Assembly (NCBI GenBank): GCA_015680685.1
Contig: MNCI01001499.1
Coordinates: forward strand, 183,349 to 247,348
Length of the DNA stretch: 64,000 nt
Source: Gnetum montanum
Taxonomy: Eukaryota; Plantae; Gnetophyta
Reading direction: 5' to 3'
The notes under the pieces are model-generated. The model ran no database searches. It had not been told where the DNA came from and worked only from the letters and a program-made list of their open reading frames with translations. The translations under genes were made by a program, and so were the position numbers. Shown piece by piece: positions 24,767-35,805 of this stretch. Numbering within the stretch: the first letter of the stretch is position 1; every line of letters starts with the position of its first letter.

Positions 24767-27700
24767 ATGGGCAAAGGCAAGGATGTGGAAGGCCAGGGAA
24801 GGAAGGGACCTGAACTAACGTTCGCGGAGGAGAGCGAGGCCATGTTGCAGTGTCTGCCTAGGCAAGGGTTCCATCATGGCCTGGATCGTCACATAGGTAG
24901 GCTTTGATCCTGTCTCTGTTAGTTATTTCCATCTATACCAGTTTTTTAGCGTAGACAGTCAACGTAGAGGGTTTTGGTGTATACACCTGGCATAGATAGG
25001 TAGCGTACACAATTTTCTTGGCGTATATGCTCAGCGTAGGCAGTCAGGGTAGACGGTTTCTAGAGCGTAGAGACTACACATAGCCTAAGTTGTTTGTAGC
25101 GTAATCAGTTTCTGTGAATGCACAGCATAAACAAATTTTACTGGCATGAAGTGTAGACGATTTTATCAGCATATACACTGACTGTTCATAGGTCGTTTAT
25201 AGTGTCTGACGTAGACTGTTCACCAGCGTATACACTGAGGGCTATTACATTGTATACGCTGAGGGCTATTACGACGTATACACTGAGGGTTTTTACGACG
25301 TATACGCTGAGGGTTTCTATGGCATATATGCTAGGCATGAACGGTTTGTAATTTTTTCTAAGTGTATGGCGTAGACCTGTTTTCAGGGTGAGGACTGTTT
25401 TCATAGCGTAAACCAGTTTTACAGCGTATACGCCCAGGGTAAACAGTTTTGACAGTGTATACGCCCAGCATATACGCCGAGTGTAAACAGTTAGCAATTT
25501 TTTCTAAGTGTCGGCTTATAATGTGAAATTTTGTTCTTCATCGCATTTTCCTGCATGGCTGATTTACCATGGCATTTTGGTTGCTTGTAGGGACACTGAA
25601 CCTTTTCTCCTAGTTGTTGAGCTCGTTGGCGTATTAACGTGGTTTGGCCCCATTGAAGCCGATGAACCTACCTCGAACTTGACCATTGACAACAATGGGG
25701 TCTGGTTCAGAGAAGGTGCGTGTGAATTCCTATCCTTCATGCTGGACAGGTTCAAAGTGGTTATCTGGTCACACCTAAGTGAACTGGTGGCATGAAGCAT
25801 GCTTGAGGCCATGCTACTGGGAGCCGCGGAGGGTGTCACAGTCTTCATGGAAGACATTGATGAGGGGTCTCTTGTGATCAAGGGTGGCCCCTCTGGTGGG
25901 CCAAAATCCACTCGCCCGTTAACGCGCATGTGGGCCAAATTGCTGTAAGGGCGCGATTATCTAAAAAACACTCTATTTTTAGCTGTGCACACGCACACAT
26001 TGTTCCAGAACCCTCTTTGTACCGTGTACCGGGTGGATAGGTAGGATCGTTTAAGCTTGTTGTTTCTTTCTGTCGTTTGGCATTTGCTTTTGTTTTAACA
26101 TCCATTCGTTTGTAGGCCTAAAGTTAACCTAGATGGGACATCAATTGAGGATGATGGGCTTACTCTGGCTCGTACTGCTCTAGAGGCTTTTATGGCAGGT
26201 CCCACCCTTCATGGAGCTATATTAGCTCAAACCAAGGGTGATATTGTGCATTTTCAAAAAAGATTCTCTAGAGCGTTCACTCAATGCGCAGCTCGTGGAT
26301 GGTTGCATGGAGATTGGTCACCTAAGGGACCAATTTTTCCTCACGACTCTGACTTGGATAGTACCTCTAAGTCCACAACTGAAGGTAAATGACAATGTTT
26401 TCTAGATGTGTTAACGTGTTTGTTCAACTGCCGGGGGTTATACTGATATGACGATTTCAAATTGTATCTATAGTTGATGTTCCTCCTAGCGGAGACCTTG
26501 TTGCAACCAGATGAACTGAGACTACCCTATCAATGAAGTTCAGGGAGGTCAACAAGGCTCAAAAATGGTTGCGCACTCGTGCCCCGTCATCCATCGTTCG
26601 TTGTTTAGACGATGCTGGCCTTATGGAGTTCTTTACGACCCCGAGCCCTGATGTGTCAATAGTAGAAATGATCGGGATCATAGATTCCTTCAATGAGTCT
26701 GTCTCTTACTACAGCACCCGGATTAAGGGTGTTAAGATAGTTTTCCATCTATCGCCTGAATTTTTTTCAAACTTTTTTGGTGTACCGGCGGATGGTATAA
26801 ATGTAGTTTTAGACAGGGCTCATAAAGAGCTCCATACAGTTCATGAATTAGAGGACTGGTTGGGTGTTGCCAAGGGTGCCAAGGGATTCCCTATGTAGGG
26901 GAAGGTAAAGGTTAAGGAGGTGAATGAATTATATCCCCTGTTTAGGGCACATGCATTTCCTAAATCCCTTTCCCAGGTGTGAAGTCTTGGGGTTGAAGCT
27001 GTACGTATTATGCGCACCGTCCTAGAAACTGGCATGTGTTATAACTGGGCCCAATTTTTGTTGTCAGGCCTGCACAAAGAGATAGTGCGATTGCGCTCAA
27101 ATGTCGAGGCGTAGTCTCACTTTACTTTCTCATTATTTTCCGGTTATCTTCACCGCTTAGCTAAGTTCCTGGTGGTTCATGTGGATAACAAGTATGTTCT
27201 ACGGGATCGAGGTCAATTATCCCGCCCATGGATCAACCACCTATTTGAAATAGCGAAGTCCCAAGATGCGCCCGAGGGAATTGATGAATCTTTCTCCATC
27301 ACGACAGGGGGATCATCTGGTACCTCAATCCACACACGTGACAGTGTGGGATTGGAACTAGACGATGTGCCTTATACTGCGAAGAGAGTAGAACAGGTCA
27401 TCAAAGAAACTATTGGCAAGGCCAAGTCGAAGCTGACAAAACATGAACATCCAACCGAGGAGGCCTCAAATGTGGACAAGCCACAGGTTAAGTGCATACG
27501 ATTCAAGATGCCTGCCCGAGGTAAGTAAACTCAGTACCCTTATTGCTTTATCTTTTTCGTCTTACTCATGATTTTTACTTCGACCACTTACATGTTACTG
27601 ATGCCTTCAGACTTGATTCGAGAAGTGAGGAGGCAGGAATTAGAGACGATCATTGAAGAGGAGGAAACCAGAACAGAGTTATTGATCGATAAGGAAGAGG

Positions 27701-29214
27701 CTGACAAGGATTAGATGGAAAAAATAGAGGAGCTATGGGAAGACACCACGGAGACTAAGCTAGTGGATGACCAGAGTGGTATCGATGAAATGTTCAGGAG
27801 CTTCCTCAAGGGAAAGTTGGACCTTGGCGATCCTCCAAACCCAAAAGGGGACAGGGAACATGGTATATTTTCTTTTATTTTGTTTTATTTTGCTTTGTTA
27901 GCTATTATTTCCATGGTATTTTACTTTTGTGTTTTCATCTCTTCCAGACGAAGGCAGCGAAACTAGGACGATGCGGCTGGATGTACCCATGAAGATGATT
28001 CCCCCTGAAACGACCGCGGAGGTTAGTCCGTCTCATACTCGTGGGTCATTTACTTGGACAGAGATGCTAAGTAAAATGGATTTTGTGGCTAGTATCACTG
28101 AGGAAGTTGTCAAATGAATTTAGGAGGTCCACCCTAAGATAGGTATATATATTTCGAGTTTTTTGCAACTTTAGAGTTTCACCCCCTATTTTTGTCACTT
28201 TAGCATTTTTTTTCTTTTCATGTGAATAGGTGCCAAACTAAGGTGGGATCCTTTTGAGACAATTAACATAGAGAGTTTGCCTACATTATCCCCAGAGGTC
28301 GAGCAGGTGCCTAGGCCAGTTTATGAGGAAGTGGTGGAGGGTCTCGTTCACAACGCCAAATTGCTGTGGACCTGTAGGTGTTCCGTCGAACAGTTATGGT
28401 TGCAGATTCAAACAAAGGAGAAAGAAGTTTCTGAGTTATCAGTTGAGCGTGACAATTTAAAGGCTCGGTATGAGTTTGCCTCCGCTAAACTAAGCGATGA
28501 TCGCTCTTGACGGACCTCTGAGGTCACGTATACCAGGTATTGGAATTTGCTCAATCGTCACGCATCACTAATGCAGAGACTAGCAGAGCGTAAGACTCAT
28601 ATAGACCTACTAAACCTCAAGTGTCAAGATTGGAAAGCTTTCACTTCCAAGGTACGCAAATGGGGTCAGGATGAAAAGAACCACAAACATCATTATAAGA
28701 AATCATTGAAAGAAGTGTCCATTGAAAAGCGTCAACTGGAAATGTTTGTGGAGGGTCTGGGTCTGCGCTCTGCTTTTGATACCTTTGCTCAAAACACAAC
28801 TGTTGAGATGGAATTGCCTGCAAGGGTGATTACAACTGCTTCTAGGGAGGTGTCTATGGGTGAGTTCCCTTTAAAACGTCCTACCTGGTTAGCCATTAAC
28901 AAAGGGAAGGCCTTGGTAGATGTTGACCTAGGCCTCGATGGGACCGACTGGACCAGTGTCTCAGAAGAGGAAATCCTTCGCCGGCTGGAATTCGACTTGG
29001 GGGGATCTCCTGTGGTAAGCATTTTGTTATTATGATCTTTGTTCGTTGCCCATTTTTTGGAATTTCTTCTTTCTCTTATTCTTATGTTGACTATCTCTTT
29101 TTGCATTTTTAGGATCAAGGTAGTGACGATGTCTACGAAGCTGGTCCTAGTGAAGCGGGGGCCCATGATGCTAGCAGGTCTAAAGAGGATGACCCTCCCA
29201 CCCCAGATGTTTAG
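24767..29214 (+). pseudogene. Element B antisense 8-exon gene (about 1,076 aa): FCP1/NIF HAD-like pseudo-phosphatase, Transposase_32-like domain and coiled coil
   Basis: Exons 24767-24896, 25591-26040, 26116-26384, 26474-27520, 27611-27862, 27948-28142, 28230-29014 and 29113-29214. All introns are GT..AG with T-rich 3' ends. Exon lengths keep one frame after restoring a 1-nt deletion in exon 1 (inferred from copy C). About 10 premature stops. Confidence 0.9.
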
Positions 29215-29444
29215 TTTTGTTTGTTTTTTCATTTTTTGACTCGAATTTATACGGGAATTGTAAATTGAAATGAATGAAACCAGTTAACCTTTGTACTTAT
29301 ACATCATTTCATATATAAAAAATGTTGTTGATTTTGAGTTTAATTACAAACACGACACAGCAATGTAAAATGTTTTGGTTGGTTTTTGTGGTTTAAGTGT
29401 AATGCGCGGGTGTAATTATAAGTCAGAAAGCATAAGTGGATGTT

Positions 29445-29531
29445 CTAGTTTAAGGCCAGTTCGGGCCAGATTCACACTAGTTTAAGGCCATTTCGGGCCA
29501 GATTCGCACTAGTTTAAGGCTATTTCGGGCC
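29445..29531. repeat. Three 32-bp units CTAGTTTAAGGCCATTTCGGGCCAGATTCNCA at the gag-side border of the cassette
   Basis: Units start at 29445, 29477 and 29509. Confidence 0.85.
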
Positions 29532-29661
29532 CCAGCGTAAGCAAGGAATGTTTCGAATGACATGGGTGGGTTTCTCGATTGACCGACCATTTCTGATTGT
29601 GGCTAGTTTTATGTCGTTGCAGTCATGGTAGTTTAATGTCATTTCGGACATTTTTCATTAT

Positions 29662-32600
29662 TCATTGGTTTAGTAATTTTTTGATTTTTCGAATTTTTAC
29701 GTTGGGAGCAGAGTTAGAGGGTATGATTCTATATTCAGTGTCTCCTTTGTTGATCACGTTGAATGGTAATTCAGCCCAAGGAACGTTTGATGGAATAGTC
29801 CCCGCATCGATGTTTTCAAGTGTTTCGACATTTGGTGTGAGTTCTATGTTAGTTGTTGTTTCTAAGTGAGGAGGTGTATGTACAATGTCTGGCCTGGGTA
29901 TTTCTATTTTGGGTGGATCTTCTTCTGTGTTTAAAGGATTATCGCTTGTCGGTGATTGTTCATTTATGTCATGTTGTTTAGGCTCTTCGAGCTTAACCTC
30001 TAAGCCTTGGTCTGTGTCTATGTATGATGAGATGATGTGTGTAGCAGCCTCCTCGTGTATGATGATTTCACCACCTTCATATGGCAGGTGAATCTCTTAG
30101 TGTATAGGGGATGAGACTGCTTTTAGTTGGGCTAACCAAGGCCTTCCTAATATTAGGTTGAATCCTGGCATCTCATTGATTACTAAGAATTCGGCAGATG
30201 TGGGGAATTGGTCCCCTGCTATGAAGTCCAAGGTCACGATGCCTTTGACTGCCATGTGCGATCTGCTAAATGATTTTAAGCATGTGGTGGCGGTTGGTCT
30301 GATTAGCTCTGTGAGCCCCAGTTGTTCGATGATGGGATATGGGACTACGTTTATGGTAGCTCCATCATCTACGTGGACCCTATGTATCTGGAATTAGTTT
30401 ACTCTTATTGTTATAAAGAAGGGGTTGTTGTTATCTCCCCTGTTTTCTTATCCACCTTGATGTTATCGTTATGGAAACTTAATGGTTTGGAAGTTGACCC
30501 TTGGGGCGAGTACATTACCGCATGAATCGAAGGTTCATTTGGAGGCAAGTCCTCGCTTACTGGGATCGACGTTAACATGCGTACTAAAGCTTCGTGATGT
30601 GTTTGGGATGTTAAAACTAGGTCATATAAGCTCAGTGAAGTATTCTTTTTCTTGAGCACTTGTGTGACCTGCGTTAGGGCTATTGCTAGGTCTTTACTGT
30701 TGGGCATGTGTTTATCGACAATGACTTGGTCCATTGGGCCCAACAGTTTTATTTCATGCATCGTTGGTTTATCATTTGTTCTTAGAATTGTTGATTCGGG
30801 CTTATCATGTTTTCTGGATGATTCCCCCTTGTGACCTATATTTGGTTGATCATTAGGTAGTGTCATGGGTATCTCATTTAATGGAGTGGGTTTAGGAGGT
30901 CCTAAGGCTAGCCGTTGACGCTCCTTTTCCAAGCGTTTGTGCGTAAGCCTATCTGCTAAGCGTTCTTGTGTGTGATGTGGGGGCGCAGTTGGTTTTGAGG
31001 CCTCAGTTTACCTTGGGATTCGTACTACGTATGGAGTCAGATGGGATTGCGGTTGGACAGTTGCCTACAGTGGGGTGCCAGATGGGCTATGCACCTTGAT
31101 GACATAGGGGTTTGGTTTATTTTTTGTTTGGGAATTAGAGGATTGGGGATCACTAGGACGTTCGGGTGTCCTAACGATGTATAGGGTTGGTTTAAGTGGA
31201 GGTTGGACCTTCGCTGTTGCAATTGCGGGTGGCACTCGGACTACATAAGGGGCAGGCCGAGTAGGAGGGGTTGGTAGATTTGAGGTAGTGATGGCGGGAG
31301 GTATACACACCACGTATGGTTTTTCACGTGTCGAGGTGTTAGAAGCCATTATGGCGAGGGGTAGGCGGACAACATATGGCTACTGCGGGGCGTATGATGA
31401 TTGAGGCATGGATGTTGATGCAGTGGGAGGAATACGTACTACAAATGGCTCGTTGGATGTTTGTTGTTCATTGTCAAAGTAGATGGTGTTAATGCTAGGT
31501 GTTTCAGGTTCATTGTCTAGGTAGATTATGTTAGTAACGTACGATGCCTCTTTGGTATTTAGTGGATCTTTACACACACCCATAGCCTGGTTCTGCGGTT
31601 GGACCGGGTTGGCCTCATCAAAAGTGATTTGGCCTCCATCGATCATTCATTGTATGTCTTGTTTTAGGGTGAAATAGTAATCCGTGCCATGCTTGTTACG
31701 TTGGTGATAGTCGTAGAAATGATCCATCCTAAAACCTTTGGGTACTGGGGGTTCATCCGACATTGCTAAGCTCGGGTTCTGAACCAGTTGACAGAACCGG
31801 TCGTGTCTTTGGATCGCTGCCGGGGACAACTGTTTATGTTTCATTAATCCAGCCCTCAAGAGTTAATCAAATAGCTGGGATGGCTTCATAGGAAATGATG
31901 TATATTGGGAGGGTTCTTTCCTCTCAAAGTTTCTCATATGGTTTGGTGTTGGGTTCTGCAATGAGGAAGATTCCGGTGCAGTCATGGGAGTAGGTTTAAT
32001 AGGGGCCATCGGTAGTTTGTTTTCTTGTGCCACATGTGCTTGTTGTGTTTCCGCTAATGCTGCTATAGTTGTTTTATACTTTTCTTTATCTTTCTTACTG
32101 TGTTGATTTTTGAAGGCTAAATACGTAGGATCATGGCTATTTTGGGCCACCTCCTCTATATTTTTAATCTGTACAAAGGCTTGATTAAGGTTACGCGTAT
32201 TGAGGTAATATAACTTAGATTTAAAAAAGTCGTTAACATCCCCCTTTAGAATGGTGATCAGATATGTCTGTGGGATTGGCTCATGGAGCTCATTAAGAGT
32301 AGTGCCCCACCTCTGGATGAATTTTTGTATGGGTTCTAAAGGTGCTTGTTTGACCTATATCAGGCTGTCAAGTGTCGCTTCAGGTTTCAAGTTATACTTG
32401 AACCTGGTAAGGAATTGATGTAACAACTCTTCCAAGGAAAATATCAAGTTTCTTGGCAAGGCCCGATACCAATCAAGTGCTCTCCCTGCAAGGGACATAG
32501 GGAACACTCGTAAAATGGTGTGTGGCCATGCCTGAAGTAATGCACACTCTAGCCTAAATGTTATAAGGTGAGCATTGGGGTCCATCTCCCTGTTATATTT

Positions 32601-33841
32601 AGTTAGCGTAGGCAATGATACGCCTTTGGGTAAGGTTAGGGGCGGAACGGAAGAGCTGATGGGGTCATCGTTGTAAAAGTCCACTACCTTCAACTCTCTG
32701 TCGGCAGCTGTTTTGAGGCGTTTGACCATATCAGTTGGTTTCTGCATTAGTTTTTTAGCATCTGCCCAGTCTTGAGCGCTAGGTGAGGTGGTAGCTTAGG
32801 GATGTGGTGCAATGTATAGATTAGATTGTTGAATAGTAGGTTGGAAGGCTGAAAGTTGTGTAGTTGGCAGTTGTACTTGTGGAATGTTTATAGTAGATGG
32901 CATCAAGGGCGACATATTGTGAGCAAGGGGTTGCTGTTGTTGTGGTTGTGTTTGGGGGATGTTGACCGGTGGCATTGTATGAGGTGGCATGTTGTAGTGA
33001 GGGGGTTGATGTGGTTGAGCACCCATCGCTATCCATTACCTAGTCATGTTTTTTGTAGGAATCCCTTGAACTTGTTGAGTTACAGTGGTAGAAGGGGCTC
33101 CGTGAGTTTGGACCTGGGGGATATAATGGGTAGACGTAGATGCCGGTATCACATGCGACATCCCAATCACACGAGGTGGGAAGGTTGCCCCTACATTATT
33201 TTGAGGGGGTTGCATTTGTAAGAACGAGGGTGCCATAGCTGCGGGAGGAATTACGAGGGGAAGCGTGTTGACTTGAACGTCGGTTGGTAGAGGAATAGGG
33301 ATGAGTGCGGCTACATCTTGTTGAGGCGCATGCGCTTGCGTGATGTTCAGTGGCTGGAGGGATGAAGTTTCACCCGTGAATGGGTGAAACAGTGGGTTTA
33401 TATAAGTTTGTGGGCTAAGGGTGTGGTACGAGTCTTCATGTTCAGATTGGGCAGCGAACTTGTCCTCCTCTTTCGATTGAGGGTTTACTACAGGCTGATG
33501 CTCCTTTACAGCAGGAGTTGTGTGATCAGCTTAGAGTAAGGCTCTAGAACAGGGATGATATCGTACAGGGAAGGAATGAACTCTTGCCCTCCCCTGTAGA
33601 AAATTTCGTATTGCCTTTTAACTTCTATTTCGGCTTGGTCCACAACTTAGCTGGCTTGTATTTTCAGGCATATGAAGTTGTACTGGTCTTGACTTATGAT
33701 GTTAGATGACGAATTGCTTCCTTGCAACCTAAGGGATCGACGGGGCCCCGCTGTGGGTTGTGCCATGGGCTGTTGGACAGCCATAGTGCCTACGATGTCG
33801 GTGACTTGGGTGGTTATAGCGGTGGTGTTTGCGGTGTTCAT
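29662..33841 (-). pseudogene. gag: Element B gag-protease
   Basis: Retrotrans_gag-like KYNREMDPNAHLITF..FPMSLAGRALDWYRAL, degenerate Zn knuckle near 31700, protease HRVHVDDGATINVVPY at about 30340-30385. Frame ends at TGA 29664-29662. Confidence 0.9.
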
Positions 33842-33899
33842 GATGAACAGTTGAGAATGTCACATAGTGTATGGATGTGAAATTGGTGTACTTAGTGCA

Positions 33900-34440
33900 G
33901 CGTAATCCTAGGTTCGTGGCGTACAACGTATACACTGGGTCTCAGCATATAGGCTTCAGTGTAGACAGCGTAGACAACGTATAGGTATACAGCGTATAGT
34001 GTTAGCGTAGAGAATCTACGGCGTAGAGTGTGCAGCGTATATGCTTAGCAGCGTATACAGCGTCGGCGTACAGCATAAACAAGGTTATAGCTTACAGAGT
34101 GTAGCATATAAGGACAACAACGTAAACTAGTTTAGGGCGTAGACAGGGTCTTGTATGCGGCGTAGACAAAGTCTTCAGCGTAAAGTGGGTAGTGCGTATC
34201 CGGTAGCGTAGATGCTGGGGATTCTGCAGATAGAGTCTGCGTATGTTTGACAGCGTAGACGCTGAGAGACTTGTAGATGGTAAGTTTTAAATGGAGTAAG
34301 TTTTAAATGGAGCAGCATAGACACTTGACAGCGTAGACGCTGGATAGTTTGTATACAGTAAGTTTTAAATCAAGCAGCGTAGACGCTGAGAGGTTTGCAG
34401 AGAGGGTCAGTGTATATTCGATAGTGTAGACGCTGGGAGT
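33900..34440. repeat. Element B 5' leader array of AGCGTA(G/T/A)AC motifs
   Basis: Dense CAGCGTAGAC / AGCGTATA copies between the PBS and gag. Confidence 0.8.
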
Positions 34441-34469
34441 TTTTGAAGCACAATAATTTTAAGGCATAG

Positions 34470-34487
34470 GCCCTCCTTCTAGCACCA
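34470..34487 (-). other. Element B primer binding site, complementary to the 3' end of plant tRNA-Asn(GUU)
   Basis: Minus-strand TGGTGCTAGAAGGAGGGC, 5 nt after the 5' LTR. tRNA-Asn ends CCCTCCTTCTAGCGCCA, so one CpG transition. Confidence 0.85.
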
Positions 34488-34492
34488 ATTTC

Positions 34493-35805
34493 TGTACCGT
34501 CCAAAATCGTCGGTCTCCGGCTAGAAGGAAACAGAAACTGGGGGATCACAGGACACACATAGAAGACCCTACCTTCACCTGAGGGCGAGCTAGAATGAAC
34601 GAAGGTAGAGTACCTTGAGTGGTCTACACGCAGATCAAGCAAAGATTTCCCCAAACGTACACCGAGGTGCTATACACTGGGTTATATGTGAATGGCGTAA
34701 CAGGCGTAAAATAGGGCATAAACAATGTAATTGATGCAAACGGAGCATAAACGTAAAAGAGCATAAATAGAATACATGTAACAATTAATGCAAACTGTAA
34801 CAGATTTTAGGAAGAAAATGTAACAATGGAATTTCAAAATGAGAGTTACAATGCATTGGTCTAATGCAATTGTGGCTTTGACACAAGCCGGACGAAAAGC
34901 CCCGGTGGATGCAAGGATGATTGTGGGCTGGTTCACACTGTAGGCACAGTGTAGAGGCTGTATGCTCAGCATACAGGGTTGTCCAGCATACAAGGTTCTC
35001 TACTCTAGTTCTCAACGTCTCTTTTCTCTGGTTTTCTCCAAAATTTCCCAACCGACCTCGTTCTGGTGAAAAATTGGGGCTTTTATACAAGTTTCGATGT
35101 TAGACTCAGGTTGGATGACATGTGGTGCATTGACCGGGTGCAAAAGAATGAAATTTACAAGTGTACAGTATATTACATTTGCTGAGCGTATACGCTGAGT
35201 GTATATGATGTATCAAGCGGGCGTAGACTCTGAGTGTATACGATGGATGTGCTGGGCATATACACTGGATGTGCATGGGCATATACGCTGGGTGTATACG
35301 CTATGGATGCTGAGCGTATACGCTGGAGTGTTTACGCTGAAGGTTGCTGGGCATATATGCCGAGGCGTATATGCTGATGGTTGCTGCCTTGTACCAAGTC
35401 TTGTTCTGCAGTGCTGTTTTCATGGCATCTTCGGGGATTGCATGTTGGGCATATGCATCAGTCGTATAAGCTAAACATACTTGTGAGGTGTGTACGCTGG
35501 TCGTGTACGCTATGAACATTGGGCGTATATGCTGGGTGTATACGCTGTGAACTTGAGCGTATACGCCAGGTGTATACGTTGTGAATGTGAACTTAGAGCA
35601 TATACGTTGGGCATATATGCTGAGAATGTAGACTTGGGCGTATACGTTGGGCGTATACGTTGAGAATGCATACTTAGTGAAAATTAAGCATCTAATCTTC
35701 CGAAGTTGCCATGTTTGATACTAGATGTAGTCATGGTCATCTGTGAGTCCCAGGGACCTGCTTCTTATTGGAAGAGTACTAAGCTCAAAATTTTTTGGTG
35801 TTTCA
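34493..35805 (-). repeat. Element B 5' LTR
   Basis: Copy of 17779-19128. TATA (TGTATAAAA on minus) at about 35081-35088; AGCGTATACGCT array at 35180-35665 in U3. Confidence 0.95.

Larger units (their letters stand above)
17779..35805 (-). mobile_element. Element B: full-length (18 kb) Tat-lineage Ty3/Gypsy retrotransposon with antisense spliced gene between PR and RT
   Basis: Two LTRs (TGAAA...GTACA on minus), TSD GCTAC (17774-17778) / ACTAC (35806-35810), tRNA-Asn PBS, PPT, gag-PR and RT-RH-aRH-INT. Confidence 0.95.

Noticed and set aside
24130-29660. Cassette as an independently inserted DNA transposon or host gene
   Set aside because: No TIRs, TSD or Helitron ends were seen. It occupies the same position and relative orientation in four elements and shares motifs with each element's own LTR.
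34470-34487. tRNA gene
   Set aside because: Only an 18-nt match to a tRNA 3' end adjacent to an LTR, so it is a PBS.
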